DNA of 63,412 bases, counting the filler. It is 7 parts of 7 records of this genome, joined end to end, with 100 filler letters (N's around TTAATTAATTAA, not from the genome) between each part and the next. Parts side by side here need not be neighbours in the genome. Positions count along the whole stretch, not along the records: positions 1 to 8,209 come from DRR723986_7349; positions 8,310 to 23,611 come from DRR723986_7354; 5 more parts are not named here. One strand, written 5' to 3'. Made by a program: the position numbers and the translations under genes. Under the pieces are notes generated by a model. It worked only from the letters and a program-made list of their open reading frames with translations. It was not told the DNA's origin and ran no database searches. Below, in pieces: positions 1 through 9,804 of the stretch. How positions within the stretch are numbered: the first letter of the stretch is position 1; every line of letters starts with the position of its first letter.

Positions 1-621
1 GACCAGACCGGCCTTGCCCATCAGGGTCAACAGAACAGGCAACTGGAAACACAGACCAAACGCCACAATGAACTTGATCGTCAGGTTCAAGTATTCCTGT
101 GCGGACCCCTGAAACACCACGCTCAGCGGCGCTGCGGCACCCTCGGCCACAGCCTCGCCCCCGGTGCCAAACTGTTGGAACCCAAGGAAGAAATCATAAG
201 CCAGCGGTGTGACCACGTAAAATGCAAAGCTCGCGCCCAGCAGGAACATGAACGGCGATGCGATCATGAACGGCAGGAACGCACCCTTTTCGTTCTTATA
301 GAGCCCCGGCGCCACAAACCGCCACATCTGCATCCCCAAATACGGGAACGACAGGATCAACCCGCCCAGCAACGAGACTTTGATCGCAACGAAAAAGCCC
401 TCTTGCGGTGAGATAAAGATCAGATCGCAATCCTGCCCCCGCTCGGCCAACACCGTACACAGTGGGTTGGTGAGAAAGTTAAAGATCGGCGTTGCCACGG
501 TGAAACAAATGATCATCCCGATCAGGAACGCCACCACACAGTGGATCAGCCGGTTGCGCAGCTCGGCCAGATGCTCGATCAGCGGCGCAGAGCTGTCTTC
601 GATCTCGTCTGTGTTGCTCAT
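1..621 (-). CDS. tatC: Twin-arginine translocase subunit TatC (3' end truncated by window start)
   Basis: Manual translation from ATG at 621 gives [25 protein letters not shown]; overlaps the tatB stop (ATGA); not in the ORF track because it runs off the edge. Confidence 0.95.
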   Translation of the reverse strand, partial: MSNTDEIEDSSAPLIEHLAELRNRLIHCVVAFLIGMIICFTVATPIFNFLTNPLCTVLAERGQDCDLIFISPQEGFFVAIKVSLLGGLILSFPYLGMQMWRFVAPGLYKNEKGAFLPFMIASPFMFLLGASFAFYVVTPLAYDFFLGFQQFGTGGEAVAEGAAAPLSVVFQGSAQEYLNLTIKFIVAFGLCFQLPVLLTLMGKAGLV

Positions 622-1082
622 GTTTTGGTCTCGGTTTCTGTATTCAACGCCGCTTCGGCCTCATCCGCCTTGGCCAACGCTTCGGCTGCTTCGCGCGCTT
701 TGCGTTCGGCTGCGGCCCGCGCTGTCGAGGCTTGGATCTTTTTCGCAGCCTCAGCTCGCTCTGCCGCCAGTTTGCCGGTTTCGCTGTCAGCATCAAACTT
801 GGTCGGATCAATCGCTGATGTCATCTCGCGCGCGGCGTCTTTGACACCATCCATCGCAGCGCTGACCGGATTGCTTGCGGCTTTCAGCCCTTTGGCGATG
901 TCATTGACCCCCGACTCGTCCGCGGCGTCGTTCATTGCGGTGCTGAATTCACGCGCCATGCCTTTGGCCTTGCCGACCCAGCGTCCCACATTGCGGAACA
1001 GGATCGGTAAATCCTTAGGCCCTACGACAATCAACGCCACAACGCCGATCACCAAAAGCTCGGTCCAGCCCAGATCGAACAT
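618..1082 (-). CDS. tatB: Twin-arginine translocase subunit TatB
   Basis: [27 protein letters not shown]-terminal signature; lies between tatA and tatC. Confidence 0.96.
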   Translation of the reverse strand: MFDLGWTELLVIGVVALIVVGPKDLPILFRNVGRWVGKAKGMAREFSTAMNDAADESGVNDIAKGLKAASNPVSAAMDGVKDAAREMTSAIDPTKFDADSETGKLAAERAEAAKKIQASTARAAAERKAREAAEALAKADEAEAALNTETETKT

Positions 1083-1088
1083 CTGCGC

Positions 1089-1316
1089 TTAGACCTTGTC
1101 TTTGTCGGTCGCAGAGTCAGCCGCAGGGGTCACGTCTTTGGCGTCGTCGCTCAGCTCTTGCTCCAGCTCAGCAGTGCCTTCGTTCACACCCTTTTTGAAC
1201 GAGGTGATGCCTTTGCCCACTTCGCCCATCAACGAGCTGATTTTGCCCCGGCCAAACAGAACCAGAACGACGACGGCAATCAGCAGAAGGCCAGGCAGGC
1301 CAATATTGTTCAACAT
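1089..1316 (-). CDS. tatA: Twin-arginine translocase subunit TatA
   Basis: [45 protein letters not shown] upstream of ATG 1316. Confidence 0.96.
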   Translation of the reverse strand: MLNNIGLPGLLLIAVVVLVLFGRGKISSLMGEVGKGITSFKKGVNEGTAELEQELSDDAKDVTPAADSATDKDKV

Positions 1317-1470
1317 GTGATGTCTCCTCATGGGGCCCTGCGCATCCCCGCGCCGGGCTTGAATTTCGCCTATGGGTGTAACGCGCACCCCCGATCCGGG
1401 GAAAGGGACAGCGGTCCAGAATCCCGAACCGATCACACAAATTGTGAACTTTCTCAGCGCGCCTCGCACC

Positions 1471-1494
1471 CAACTGACAGGTTTATGTCAGTTG
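1471..1494. promoter_or_regulatory. Perfect inverted repeat CAACTGACA-N6-TGTCAGTTG, probable operator of the adjacent WYL regulator
   Basis: 9-bp arms seen directly, ending 41 nt upstream of the ATG at 1536. Confidence 0.7.
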
Positions 1495-1535
1495 CCCCCT
1501 GCTAGGTCCACCCCATCAACCACAGGAGACTTGAT

Positions 1536-1847
1536 ATGACCAAAAACGTAGCTGAAACCGTTAGCTTTACCCTCGCCCCCGGTGTCACCGCAGATCAGTT
1601 CATCGCGCTAAGCCAGAAATCCGAGGCTTTCGTGCGCCAAAACCCCGGGTTTATCTTTCGCCGCCTTAGTGCGGGTGAAGACGGACGTTGGACCGATACG
1701 GTGATCTGGGCCGACATGGAAACCGCTCAGGCCGCAGCCGCCGATTTTCCGAAACAGGACTTTGCGCCAGCACTGATGGCCGCCATCGCCCCAGGAAGTG
1801 AAACGATGCGACACGAAACCATCCATTGGACCGTCGCCCCGTCTTGA
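1536..1847 (+). CDS. Small dimeric alpha-beta barrel (ABM-like) protein
   Basis: 103 aa; AGGAG RBS; PGFIFRRLS...WTDTVIWAD pattern typical of ABM-like barrels. Confidence 0.7.
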   Translation: MTKNVAETVSFTLAPGVTADQFIALSQKSEAFVRQNPGFIFRRLSAGEDGRWTDTVIWADMETAQAAAADFPKQDFAPALMAAIAPGSETMRHETIHWTVAPS

Positions 1848-1879
1848 CGCGCGCCCGGTGCCTGCGCCAAGGATAGCCC

Positions 1880-2545
1880 ATGCGCCGCACCGACCGCCTC
1901 TTTGATATCATCCAGATCCTGCGCGACGGTAAACTGCACCGCGCGCAGGACATCGCCACCCGGCTCGAGGTGTCGGTGCGCACCATCTATCGCGATATGG
2001 ACACCCTGACCGCCTCAGGCGTCCCAGTCGAAGGCGAACGCGGCGTCGGCTATATGGTCCGCGAAGCGATCACCCTGCCCCCACTGACCCTCACCACCGA
2101 GGAACTCGAGGCGCTGAACCTTGGCATGGCCATCGTCGCCGAAGCCGCCGATCCGGCGCTTAAATCCGCAGCCCTTTCGCTGGCTGACAAGATCGACGCG
2201 GTCCTGCCCACTCAAACTGTGGCCGAGGCTGACGCCTGGAAATTCGCGGTCTATCCCTTTGCCGATGCCGCGCGCGGCTTCACCCACATGGCGCCGCTCC
2301 GGGCCGCTATCAAGTCTCGTCAGAAACTGCGCCTCGTGTACCAGCGCATTGATGGGGAACTGACCGACCGCACCATCCGTCCGCTGCATATGGAATACTG
2401 GGGACGCGTCTGGACCCTAACCGCTTGGTGCGAAAACAGGAGTGCTTTCCGAGTGTTCCGCGTCGATCTCATCCAAGAGGCAACGCCGCTGCCCGAGCTA
2501 TTTGTCGATGAACCCGGCAAGCGATTAGAAGATTACGAACCCTGA
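1880..2545 (+). CDS. YafY-family HTH-WYL transcriptional regulator
   Basis: HTH_11-like MRRTDRLFDIIQIL...LEVSVRTIYRD; WYL-like WTLTAWCENRSAFRVFRVDLI. Confidence 0.93.
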   Translation: MRRTDRLFDIIQILRDGKLHRAQDIATRLEVSVRTIYRDMDTLTASGVPVEGERGVGYMVREAITLPPLTLTTEELEALNLGMAIVAEAADPALKSAALSLADKIDAVLPTQTVAEADAWKFAVYPFADAARGFTHMAPLRAAIKSRQKLRLVYQRIDGELTDRTIRPLHMEYWGRVWTLTAWCENRSAFRVFRVDLIQEATPLPELFVDEPGKRLEDYEP

Positions 2546-2548
2546 CGC

Positions 2549-3364
2549 CTACTGCGCGTTGGGAAAAAACAGCTGCTGGCCCTCCAGCTTGTAGTTGGCA
2601 ATCGCAGCCTGCCCATCCGGGCCAATCAACCAGTCAATAAACCTCTGCCCGGATTCAGCCCGCACACCGGGGTGCTTTTCTGGGTTCACCAGAATGACGC
2701 CATATTGATTGAACAGGCGCGCATCGCCTTGGACCAGCACCCCCATGCCCGCCTTGTTGCCAAAGGCGATCCAAGTGGCGCGATCCGTCAGCACATAGGC
2801 TCCCATGCCCGCCGCCACGTTCAACGTCGCGCCCATGCCCGATCCTGTTTCGCGATACCAATCGCCCGATGCGCCTGTCAGGTCAACGCCAGTCGCGGCC
2901 CAATGTTTCAATTCCGCCTTATGCGTCCCGCTGTCATCCCCGCGCGAGGCAAACGGCGCCTCGGCCTCTGCAAGTGCGCGCAAGGCGGCAACAATGTCAG
3001 TGCCCCCCGCGATACCGGCCGGGTCATCAACCGGACCAACCAAAACAAAGTCGTTGTACATCACATCAAAGCGCTGCACGCCCCAGCCCTCTGAAACAAA
3101 CTGGTCTTCGGCGGTTTTGGCATGCACCAGCAACACATCTCCATCGCCGTTGGTCGCGTTGCGAATGGCCTGCCCTGTGCCGACCGCCACAACGCGCACA
3201 TCGATCCCGGTCTCGGCCTCGAACCACGGCAGGATCGAATCCAACAACCCCGAGTTCTGCGTCGATGTCGTGGATTGCACCACGATAAAGCTCTCGTTCG
3301 CGTGGGCGCCAGTTGCCCCAAAGCCAAGCGTTATCACGGCCGCTCGGGTCCAATGTGCGATCAT
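2549..3364 (-). CDS. tupA: Tungstate ABC transporter substrate-binding protein
   Basis: STTSTQNSGLL, VGTGQA, DVLLVHA and SRGDDSGTH motifs; signal peptide. Confidence 0.93.
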   Translation of the reverse strand: MIAHWTRAAVITLGFGATGAHANESFIVVQSTTSTQNSGLLDSILPWFEAETGIDVRVVAVGTGQAIRNATNGDGDVLLVHAKTAEDQFVSEGWGVQRFDVMYNDFVLVGPVDDPAGIAGGTDIVAALRALAEAEAPFASRGDDSGTHKAELKHWAATGVDLTGASGDWYRETGSGMGATLNVAAGMGAYVLTDRATWIAFGNKAGMGVLVQGDARLFNQYGVILVNPEKHPGVRAESGQRFIDWLIGPDGQAAIANYKLEGQQLFFPNAQ

Positions 3365-3387
3365 ATCCTGTCTCTCCGGATCTCGTC

Positions 3388-4119
3388 TTATATCACCAAC
3401 GCACCGGCCAGAAACCGACGTGTCATTTCTTGTTGTGGATGCCCCAACACCTGCGCCGCAGGCCCCTGTTCGATCACACGCCCCCGCTGCATGACCACCG
3501 CGTCTTGGGCCAAACGGCGGGCTTGTCCGATGTCATGCGTCACCATCACCACCCGCACCCCCTCGCGGGAGGCTTTGAATATCAAGTCCTCAATCGCCTG
3601 TGTCGCCGCCGGATCCAACGCGCTGGTCGGTTCATCCATAAACAACACCTGCGGTCTGCACGCCAACGCCCGCAAGATCGCCAGACGCTGGGCTTCGCCC
3701 CCCGACTAAGATCGGGCAGGTTGGCGGGCTTTACCCTCCAGACCGCCCTCTTGCAACAGCGCAGCAATGCGCGCTTTGCGCGCCGCACGTGCCATGCCCT
3801 GACGGCGCAGCACAAAATTCAAGTTGGCCGCAACCGAGCGGCGCAACAGCACAGGTTTTTGAAACACCATAGCCTGCGTCGCCCGATGGGCTGCCCCCAT
3901 CGGCTGCCCGTCCTGAAACACACGCCCCCCATCCGGGGCGATCAACCCATGCAAACACCGCAACAGCAGACTTTTGCCCGCCCCGTTTGGCCCCAGAATG
4001 ACAATCGGCCCCGGTCCATCCAGCACCAGCGCTGGCACATCCAACAACGGATGTGCGGCGCGCCCTACTCGCAGTCCCTGAATTTCGAACCCGCCCTGCC
4101 TCTCCTTCATGTCACTCAT
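3388..4119 (-). pseudogene. tupC: Tungstate ABC transporter ATPase with internal in-frame TAG (3706-3708)
   Basis: ORFs 3706-4119 and 3388-3675 share a frame; Walker A GPNGAGKS, then PARS*SGGEAQRLA, then Walker B FMDEP. Confidence 0.85.
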
Positions 4120-4825
4120 GACCCGAGCTTTCGCGTTCAGACCGCAGGCTTAGCACGCTCAGCCCCGCGTTCACCACCACCGCCAAGCCGATCAGAATCG
4201 CCCCCAACGCCAGCGCCAACGCCAAATTCCCCTTAGAGGTTTCCAACGCAATCGTTGTCGTCATCACCCGCGTCACATGGTTGATATTGCCGCCCACAAT
4301 GATCACCGCGCCCACTTCGGCAATCGCGCGCCCAAACCCGGCCAACAACGCTGTAAGCAACGCCACGCGCCCGTCCCACAACAACACTGACACCGAAGCC
4401 AAGCGCGACACCCCAAGGGATCGCAACTGTTCGGAATATTCCGCGGCTAGCATCTCGACCACCTGCCGGGTCAATGCAGCAATGATCGGGGTCACCAGCA
4501 CCACCTGCGCAATAACCATCGCCGTCGGGGTATACAGCAATTGCAACACCCCCAACGGACCCGAGCGCGACAACATCAGATACACCAACAATCCAACAAC
4601 CACCGGCGGCAGACCCATCAAGGCATTGATCAACACAATCACCACCCGCCGCCCAGCAAACCGCCCGACCGCCAGCGCCGCCCCCAACGGCATTCCGATC
4701 AGAGCCGCGACAAGCACTGCAACCAACGACACCCGCAGCGACAGACCCACAATCGCCCACAACTCAGGGTCTCCAGAAACGATCAGACCTAAAGCGGATG
4801 TAAGTTCTTGCGAAAACTCCTGCAT
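4112..4825 (-). CDS. tupB: Tungstate ABC transporter permease
   Basis: NALMGLPPVVVGL...FGRAIAEVGAVIIVGGNI...TRVMTTTIALETSKG. Confidence 0.93.
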   Translation of the reverse strand: MQEFSQELTSALGLIVSGDPELWAIVGLSLRVSLVAVLVAALIGMPLGAALAVGRFAGRRVVIVLINALMGLPPVVVGLLVYLMLSRSGPLGVLQLLYTPTAMVIAQVVLVTPIIAALTRQVVEMLAAEYSEQLRSLGVSRLASVSVLLWDGRVALLTALLAGFGRAIAEVGAVIIVGGNINHVTRVMTTTIALETSKGNLALALALGAILIGLAVVVNAGLSVLSLRSERESSGHE

Positions 4826-4850
4826 TATTTACACGTTCCCGCAGACATTC

Positions 4851-4871
4851 GTAAGATTTGCACCATCTTAC
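4851..4871. promoter_or_regulatory. Inverted repeat GTAAGAT-N7-ATCTTAC upstream of tupB, candidate operator
   Basis: Perfect 7-bp arms 26-46 nt upstream of the tupB ATG. Confidence 0.5.
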
Positions 4872-4931
4872 ACGCCCTGACTTACTGCGTCATGGCCCGC
4901 CAACCCGCATCAGAACCGACATATGAGAACG

Positions 4932-4964
4932 AAAAAACGCGGCCCTCAGAAAGAGGACCGCGTT
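4932..4964 (-). terminator. Rho-independent terminator after the SBP gene
   Basis: Minus strand AACGCGGTCCTC-TTTCT-GAGGGCCGCGTT followed by TTTT. Confidence 0.8.
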
Positions 4965-4985
4965 CCAATCGTCATTTCGTGGGGA

Positions 4986-5972
4986 TTACTTCAGCGCAGC
5001 ATCTGTAATCACATGTGTCCACGCCCCTTCGGGTTTCTTCGTGATCACCGGATCTGATCCGCCGCCCAGCAAGGTAGAGACGGTGCGATCAAAGTCGGCA
5101 GGATCCAAGGCGCCATTCGACCCTGCGGTCAGCTTGGCGATTTCACCCATCATGCGTTTCTGATGTGCCTCAGTCTGTGCGCCGGATGCGTCGTTGTCCA
5201 ACACGATCTCAGCCGCCTCGTCAGGATGCTCTTCTGCGTATTTCCAGCCCTTCATCGACGCGCGCACAAAGCGGGTCATCTTGTCGACAAACGCCGGATC
5301 TTCCAGGTTCTCTTCCAGTGCGTAAATGCCGTCTTCCAACGTCGCTACGCCCTGCTCTTCGTACTTAAAGGTCACCAGCTCATCCGGGCTGACGCCTGCA
5401 TCCAGAACCTGACCATATTCGTTGTATGTCATGGTCGAGATACAATCTGCCTGACGCTGCAGCAGTGGATCCACGTTAAAGCCCTGCTTCAGAACCGTCA
5501 CGCCATCGTCGCCGCCATCGGTGCTGATGCCCTCTTGGCTCATCCAGCTCAGGAACGGGTATTCGTTGCCAAAGAACCAAACGCCAATGGTCTTGCCCTT
5601 GAAATCCTGTGGGCTGGTAATGCCGGTGTCTTTCCAGCAGGTCAGCATCAACCCCGAGGTTTTAAACGGCTGCGCAATGTTTACCACCGGCAGACCCTTT
5701 TCGCGCGCCGCCAGTGCAGATGGCATCCAGTTCAGCATCACATCGGCGCCACCACCGGCCAGAACCTGCGGCGGTGCAATGTCAGGACCACCCGGCAGAA
5801 CCGTTACATTCAGGTCTTCGTCCGAATAGAATCCCTTATCCAGGGCTACATAGTACCCTGCAAACTGGGCCTGCGTGACCCACTGCAACTGCAGCTTCAC
5901 ATCATCGGCTGCCAGGGCCGAGGTCGCCGCAAAACTTGCGGCCAATGCGGCACCACTCAGTAGCTTTTTCAT
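4986..5972 (-). CDS. NMT1/THI5-family ABC substrate-binding protein (probably pyrimidine/nucleobase)
   Basis: Signal peptide; LQLQWVTQAQFAGYYVA, GGPDIAP and STMTYNEY motifs. Confidence 0.88.
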   Translation of the reverse strand: MKKLLSGAALAASFAATSALAADDVKLQLQWVTQAQFAGYYVALDKGFYSDEDLNVTVLPGGPDIAPPQVLAGGGADVMLNWMPSALAAREKGLPVVNIAQPFKTSGLMLTCWKDTGITSPQDFKGKTIGVWFFGNEYPFLSWMSQEGISTDGGDDGVTVLKQGFNVDPLLQRQADCISTMTYNEYGQVLDAGVSPDELVTFKYEEQGVATLEDGIYALEENLEDPAFVDKMTRFVRASMKGWKYAEEHPDEAAEIVLDNDASGAQTEAHQKRMMGEIAKLTAGSNGALDPADFDRTVSTLLGGGSDPVITKKPEGAWTHVITDAALK

Positions 5973-6040
5973 ATCTTCACTCCTTGTTGAACGTTGTTTG
6001 CCTCATGTTTACCCGAGGTCTTGTTAAAAAATCTCTCTCC

Positions 6041-6886
6041 TTATCCGCGCTGGGACGGGTGCCAAAAGGTCACGACCTTCTCAACCATTGCCACGACACC
6101 ATAAAAAAGCGATCCCGCCAAGGCAGCGACCACAATTTCAGCCCAAACCATATCCAGTGCCAATTGCCCGACGCTGGTGGAAATCCGAAATCCCATGCCC
6201 ACAGTGGGCGATCCAAAGAACTCGGCCACGATTGCACCGACCAACGCCAATGTCGTCGCAATTTTGAGGCCGTTGAAAACAAATGGCATCGCAGCCGGCA
6301 AACGCAGCTTAAAGAACGCCTGCCAATAACTCGCAGCATAGGTTTCCATCAAATCGCGCTGCATCGCCGTGGTTTCTCGCAGCCCTGCAACCGTGTTCAC
6401 CAGAACCGGAAAGAACACCATGACCACCACAACCGCCGCCTTGGATTGCCAGTCAAAGCCGAACCACATCACCAGAATGGGCGCCGTGCCCACAATGGGC
6501 AAGGCCGCAACAAAGTTCCCCACCGGCAACAAACCCAACCGCAGGAATTCCCACCGGTCCACCGCAATCGCCATCAAAAACGCCGCACTGCACCCGATCA
6601 GGTACCCACTCAGCGCGCCTTTGATGAATGTCTGCGCAAAATCCACCCACAGGATCGGGATCGAACCCGCAAAGCGCACCGCGATCAGCGACGGCGCAGG
6701 CAAAATCACCAACGGCACTTCTAAGCCGCGCACCACCAGTTCCCAAACCAACAGCAGCGTCACGCCAAAGATCGTAGGGATCAGCAACTTGACTGCACGG
6801 GTCTGTGCATTTGGCCCTTCGGCCAGCCGGGTGTTAATCCACCACCCTAGGATCCAAACACCAAAGGCCATCACAACCAACATCAT
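6041..6886 (-). CDS. NitT/TauT-family ABC permease
   Basis: Multi-TM protein; FFPVLVNTVAGL...KLRLPAAMPFVFNGLKI...GAIVAEF. Confidence 0.9.
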   Translation of the reverse strand: MMLVVMAFGVWILGWWINTRLAEGPNAQTRAVKLLIPTIFGVTLLLVWELVVRGLEVPLVILPAPSLIAVRFAGSIPILWVDFAQTFIKGALSGYLIGCSAAFLMAIAVDRWEFLRLGLLPVGNFVAALPIVGTAPILVMWFGFDWQSKAAVVVVMVFFPVLVNTVAGLRETTAMQRDLMETYAASYWQAFFKLRLPAAMPFVFNGLKIATTLALVGAIVAEFFGSPTVGMGFRISTSVGQLALDMVWAEIVVAALAGSLFYGVVAMVEKVVTFWHPSQRG

Positions 6887-7800
6887 GACGCCATCCCCAT
6901 CCGTTTAAGCACCGCCTTTTCGATCAGCCCCAACAGGCCAACCAAACACGCGGCCAAAATCGCGGCAGCAAACAGCGCCGACCAGATTTGCACGGTCTGC
7001 CCATAATAGCTGCCCGCCAGCAAACGCGCGCCCAACCCGGCCACAGCCCCAGTTGGCAACTCACCAACAATGGCCCCGACCAAAGATGCGGCGATCCCGA
7101 TCTTCAGCGAGGTGAACAGATACGGCATCGAGGCCGGCAATCGCAATTTCCAAAAGCCCTGAGCGTTTGACGCGCTATAGGTGCGCAACAGGTCCAACTG
7201 CATATGATCCGGGCTACGCAGCCCTTTGACCATGCCAACAACCACCGGGAAAAACGACAGATAGGCCGAGATGATCGCCTTGGGGATAATGCCCTGCACC
7301 CCGACGGAATACAGCACGACGATGATCATCGGAGCCAAGGCAATGATCGGAATAGTCTGACTGACAATCGCCCAAGGCATCACAGACATATCCATGACTT
7401 TGGAATGCACGATGCCAACGGCCAGCAAAACGCCCAATCCCGTGCCGATGGCAAACCCCAACAAGGTCGCGCTCAGCGTCACCCAACCGTGATAGACCAG
7501 TGACCGCTTCGAAGTTATCTTTTTCCCTACCGTGGTTTTCCACAATTCAATGCCAACCTGATGCGGCGCGGGCAAACGCGGACGATCCTGCGCCCATGTC
7601 GCCGGAATGGCAAAGCGGTTGTCCAGAACCAACCCCACCTCGCTCATGTCACGACGGTCCCTTGCACCCGGGGTCGAAATTTCGGCCCCCGCGCGCTCGG
7701 CCTCAACCAAAACGCCCTTGATGTTCATCGGAACACAGGCAGCATACCAAAACGCGACCAATACTGCGATCACGGTCAAAACGGCCAATGCTGATTTCAT
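6883..7800 (-). CDS. NitT/TauT-family ABC permease
   Basis: Start MKSALAVL with GGAG RBS; SQTIPIIALAP and KLRLPASMPYLF. Confidence 0.88.
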   Translation of the reverse strand: MKSALAVLTVIAVLVAFWYAACVPMNIKGVLVEAERAGAEISTPGARDRRDMSEVGLVLDNRFAIPATWAQDRPRLPAPHQVGIELWKTTVGKKITSKRSLVYHGWVTLSATLLGFAIGTGLGVLLAVGIVHSKVMDMSVMPWAIVSQTIPIIALAPMIIVVLYSVGVQGIIPKAIISAYLSFFPVVVGMVKGLRSPDHMQLDLLRTYSASNAQGFWKLRLPASMPYLFTSLKIGIAASLVGAIVGELPTGAVAGLGARLLAGSYYGQTVQIWSALFAAAILAACLVGLLGLIEKAVLKRMGMAS

Positions 7801-7830
7801 CGGCTCCCCTCCGAAATGCTGCGTCGCGGC

Positions 7831-7861
7831 GGTGCACAGGGGGTGCACGCAAGGTGCACGC
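7831..7861. repeat. Three GGTGCAC units at 11-nt spacing in an intra-operon spacer
   Basis: GGTGCACAGGG GGTGCACGCAA GGTGCACGC seen directly. Confidence 0.65.
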
Positions 7862-7887
7862 ATATCACCCCCCTGGTGTCGGTCCAT

Positions 7888-8209
7888 TTATGCTGCATCT
7901 GCATGCCCCGCGCGCAGCCCTTCGCGCACCCGATGCGCCACCTCGATAAACTCAGGCGAGTCCCGAATATCGAGCGGCCGCTCTTTAGGCAGTGGGCTTT
8001 CGATCACATCCGTAATCCGACCCGGCCGCGGGCTCATCACCACGATCTTGGTGCTGAGATACACAGCCTCGGGGATCGAGTGCGTGACAAAGCCAATCGT
8101 CTTGTTTGTCCGCGCCCACAAATGCAAAAGCTGTTCGTTCAGATGGTCGCGCACGATTTCGTCCAACGCCCCAAACGGCTCGTCCATCAGCAGGATATCG
8201 GCATCAAAT
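7888..8209 (-). CDS. NitT/TauT-family ABC ATPase, C-terminal fragment (contig end)
   Basis: LLMDEPFGALD...FVTHSIPEAVYLS...PRPGRI. Confidence 0.9.
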
Positions 8210-8309
8210 NNNNNNNNNNNNNNNNNNNNNNNNNNNNNNNNNNNNNNNNNNNNTTAATTAATTAANNNNNNNNNNNNNNNNNNNNNNNNNNNNNNNNNNN
8301 NNNNNNNNN
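8210..8309. other. Artificial contig linker
   Basis: N-run + TTAATTAATTAA (stop in all six frames) + N-run, 100 nt. Confidence 0.97.
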
Positions 8310-8687
8310 GAATTCCCGGCTCCAGTCCAGCGACAGGCCCATGATCTTGAGCTGGTCGCGCATGGTGGCGATGTTTTCGTAGGTCCAGTCCTTCGGATGA
8401 ACCTTGTTCTGCATGGCCGCGTTTTCCGCCGGCATGCCGAAAGCGTCCCAGCCCATCGGATGCAGGACGTTGAAGCCCTTGGCGCGTTTGTAACGGGCAA
8501 CAACATCGCCCATGGCGTAGTTGCGCACGTGGCCCATGTGGATGCGGCCGGACGGATAGGGGAACATTTCAAGGACATAGTATTTGTCGCGGGGATCGTC
8601 GTTGTGGGTGACGAAGACGTCCTTGTCGTTCCAGACCTTTTGCCAGCGCGCTTCGACTTCGCGCGCATTGTACCGTTCCGTTGCCAT
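8310..8687 (-). CDS. leuS: Leucyl-tRNA synthetase, N-terminal fragment
   Basis: [22 protein letters not shown] (HIGH motif) and [15 protein letters not shown]. Confidence 0.97.
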
Positions 8688-8839
8688 CAAATGTGCCGTT
8701 TGTTCTTGCCGCCGGATCCGGCGGATTTCCTGAAAGATTGACTGCCGGACTGTCACCAGAAATCGCGTCCGGGGTCAACATGTGAGAAGAGATTGATCTT
8801 GCAGATGCCTGTTTATTTCGCAACGCCGCATTCGTAAAG

Positions 8840-9580
8840 CTATCGGATGGCCGCTTCCGGCGTTGTTTCGGGATCAGGCGGGCTTGAAGCTTCCCAGATT
8901 TCCAACAGGCGCCGCCCGTCCGGGTGCTTCCTGCTGAACATGGGATACATGGGCACTACCAGGAAGGTGGGGGAGTGAACGAGCAGGCTTGCTTCGTCAC
9001 CCAGGAACACGGCCTTCCGGATCATGCCGACTTCCGTGCTCTCCATATAGACATCGGCCCGTTCGTGCAGAAGCATCGACCAGGCAAGCTGTTCCGTCGA
9101 CACATATTCAACAGTGACACCCGCAGCCTCCAGCATGTCTTCATACCAGTAGTTTCTGACCGCAACCACGGAGAGACCTTCCTTGCGAAGATCATCGAAG
9201 CTCAGTGGCCCAATGCCGTCCGGAAACCGGTCTTTCTTGTAAAAATGTACGTAGGTTGCCAGTCCGACGGGCCGTTCGGGAAAATAGAATTCCTCGCTTC
9301 GTTCATCCGTGTAGGACCAGGAAAAGGTTGCGGCGTAAGTCCCGTTCCTGACCATCTGGTACGATCGCTGCCAGGGCAGAAAGTCGAATTTCGCCTGATG
9401 CCCGGCTTTTTCTATTACGCGTCTGACGATCTGGGTGTGGCTTCCGAAGCCCGGTGACTTCTCGCCGATAAATGGCGGCCATTCGCCAACCGCGAACGTG
9501 AAGGTTTCACTCCGCGATGCAGGAACGTACAGAAAGCAGAACAACATCAGTATGCAGATAAATGAACCGAGTTGCCTCAC
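8840..9580 (-). CDS. Orphan polar amino-acid type substrate-binding protein (SBP family 3)
   Basis: Signal peptide; GEWPPF and FLPWQRSY motifs; no permease adjacent. Confidence 0.8.
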   Translation of the reverse strand: MRQLGSFICILMLFCFLYVPASRSETFTFAVGEWPPFIGEKSPGFGSHTQIVRRVIEKAGHQAKFDFLPWQRSYQMVRNGTYAATFSWSYTDERSEEFYFPERPVGLATYVHFYKKDRFPDGIGPLSFDDLRKEGLSVVAVRNYWYEDMLEAAGVTVEYVSTEQLAWSMLLHERADVYMESTEVGMIRKAVFLGDEASLLVHSPTFLVVPMYPMFSRKHPDGRRLLEIWEASSPPDPETTPEAAIR

Positions 9581-9804
9581 ACCGGGCCCTCCATCTTCAT
9601 TTGATGCAAGCGGCGAGACACTATCGGCAAACCTCTAGGAAAAGGTGAACCTGATTGAATACCTGGCGTGAAAAGTCACCGCCTGTGCAGTCACGTCAGG
9701 TCGCTTGGGTCTTTGCAAAGACCACTTGAGATCAAGGGGCGACCGGGCCTATGAGAAGGAACGCGCGATCCGGCAGAGCACCTGACAATTTGAAGGACCA
9801 ACTG

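Noticed and set aside
1880-2545. WYL gene as marker of an antiphage defence island
   Set aside because: Short YafY type flanked by tat and tup housekeeping genes; no nuclease, RM, BREX or CBASS genes nearby
3706-3708. Amber recoding (pyrrolysine or alternative genetic code) in tupC
   Set aside because: The position requires Leu, TAG is a normal stop elsewhere in the contig (tupA), and no pyl genes are present
8254-8265. TTAATTAATTAA recurring six times as a biological repeat or CRISPR-like unit
   Set aside because: Always centred in N-runs at fixed length; it is a synthetic six-frame stop linker
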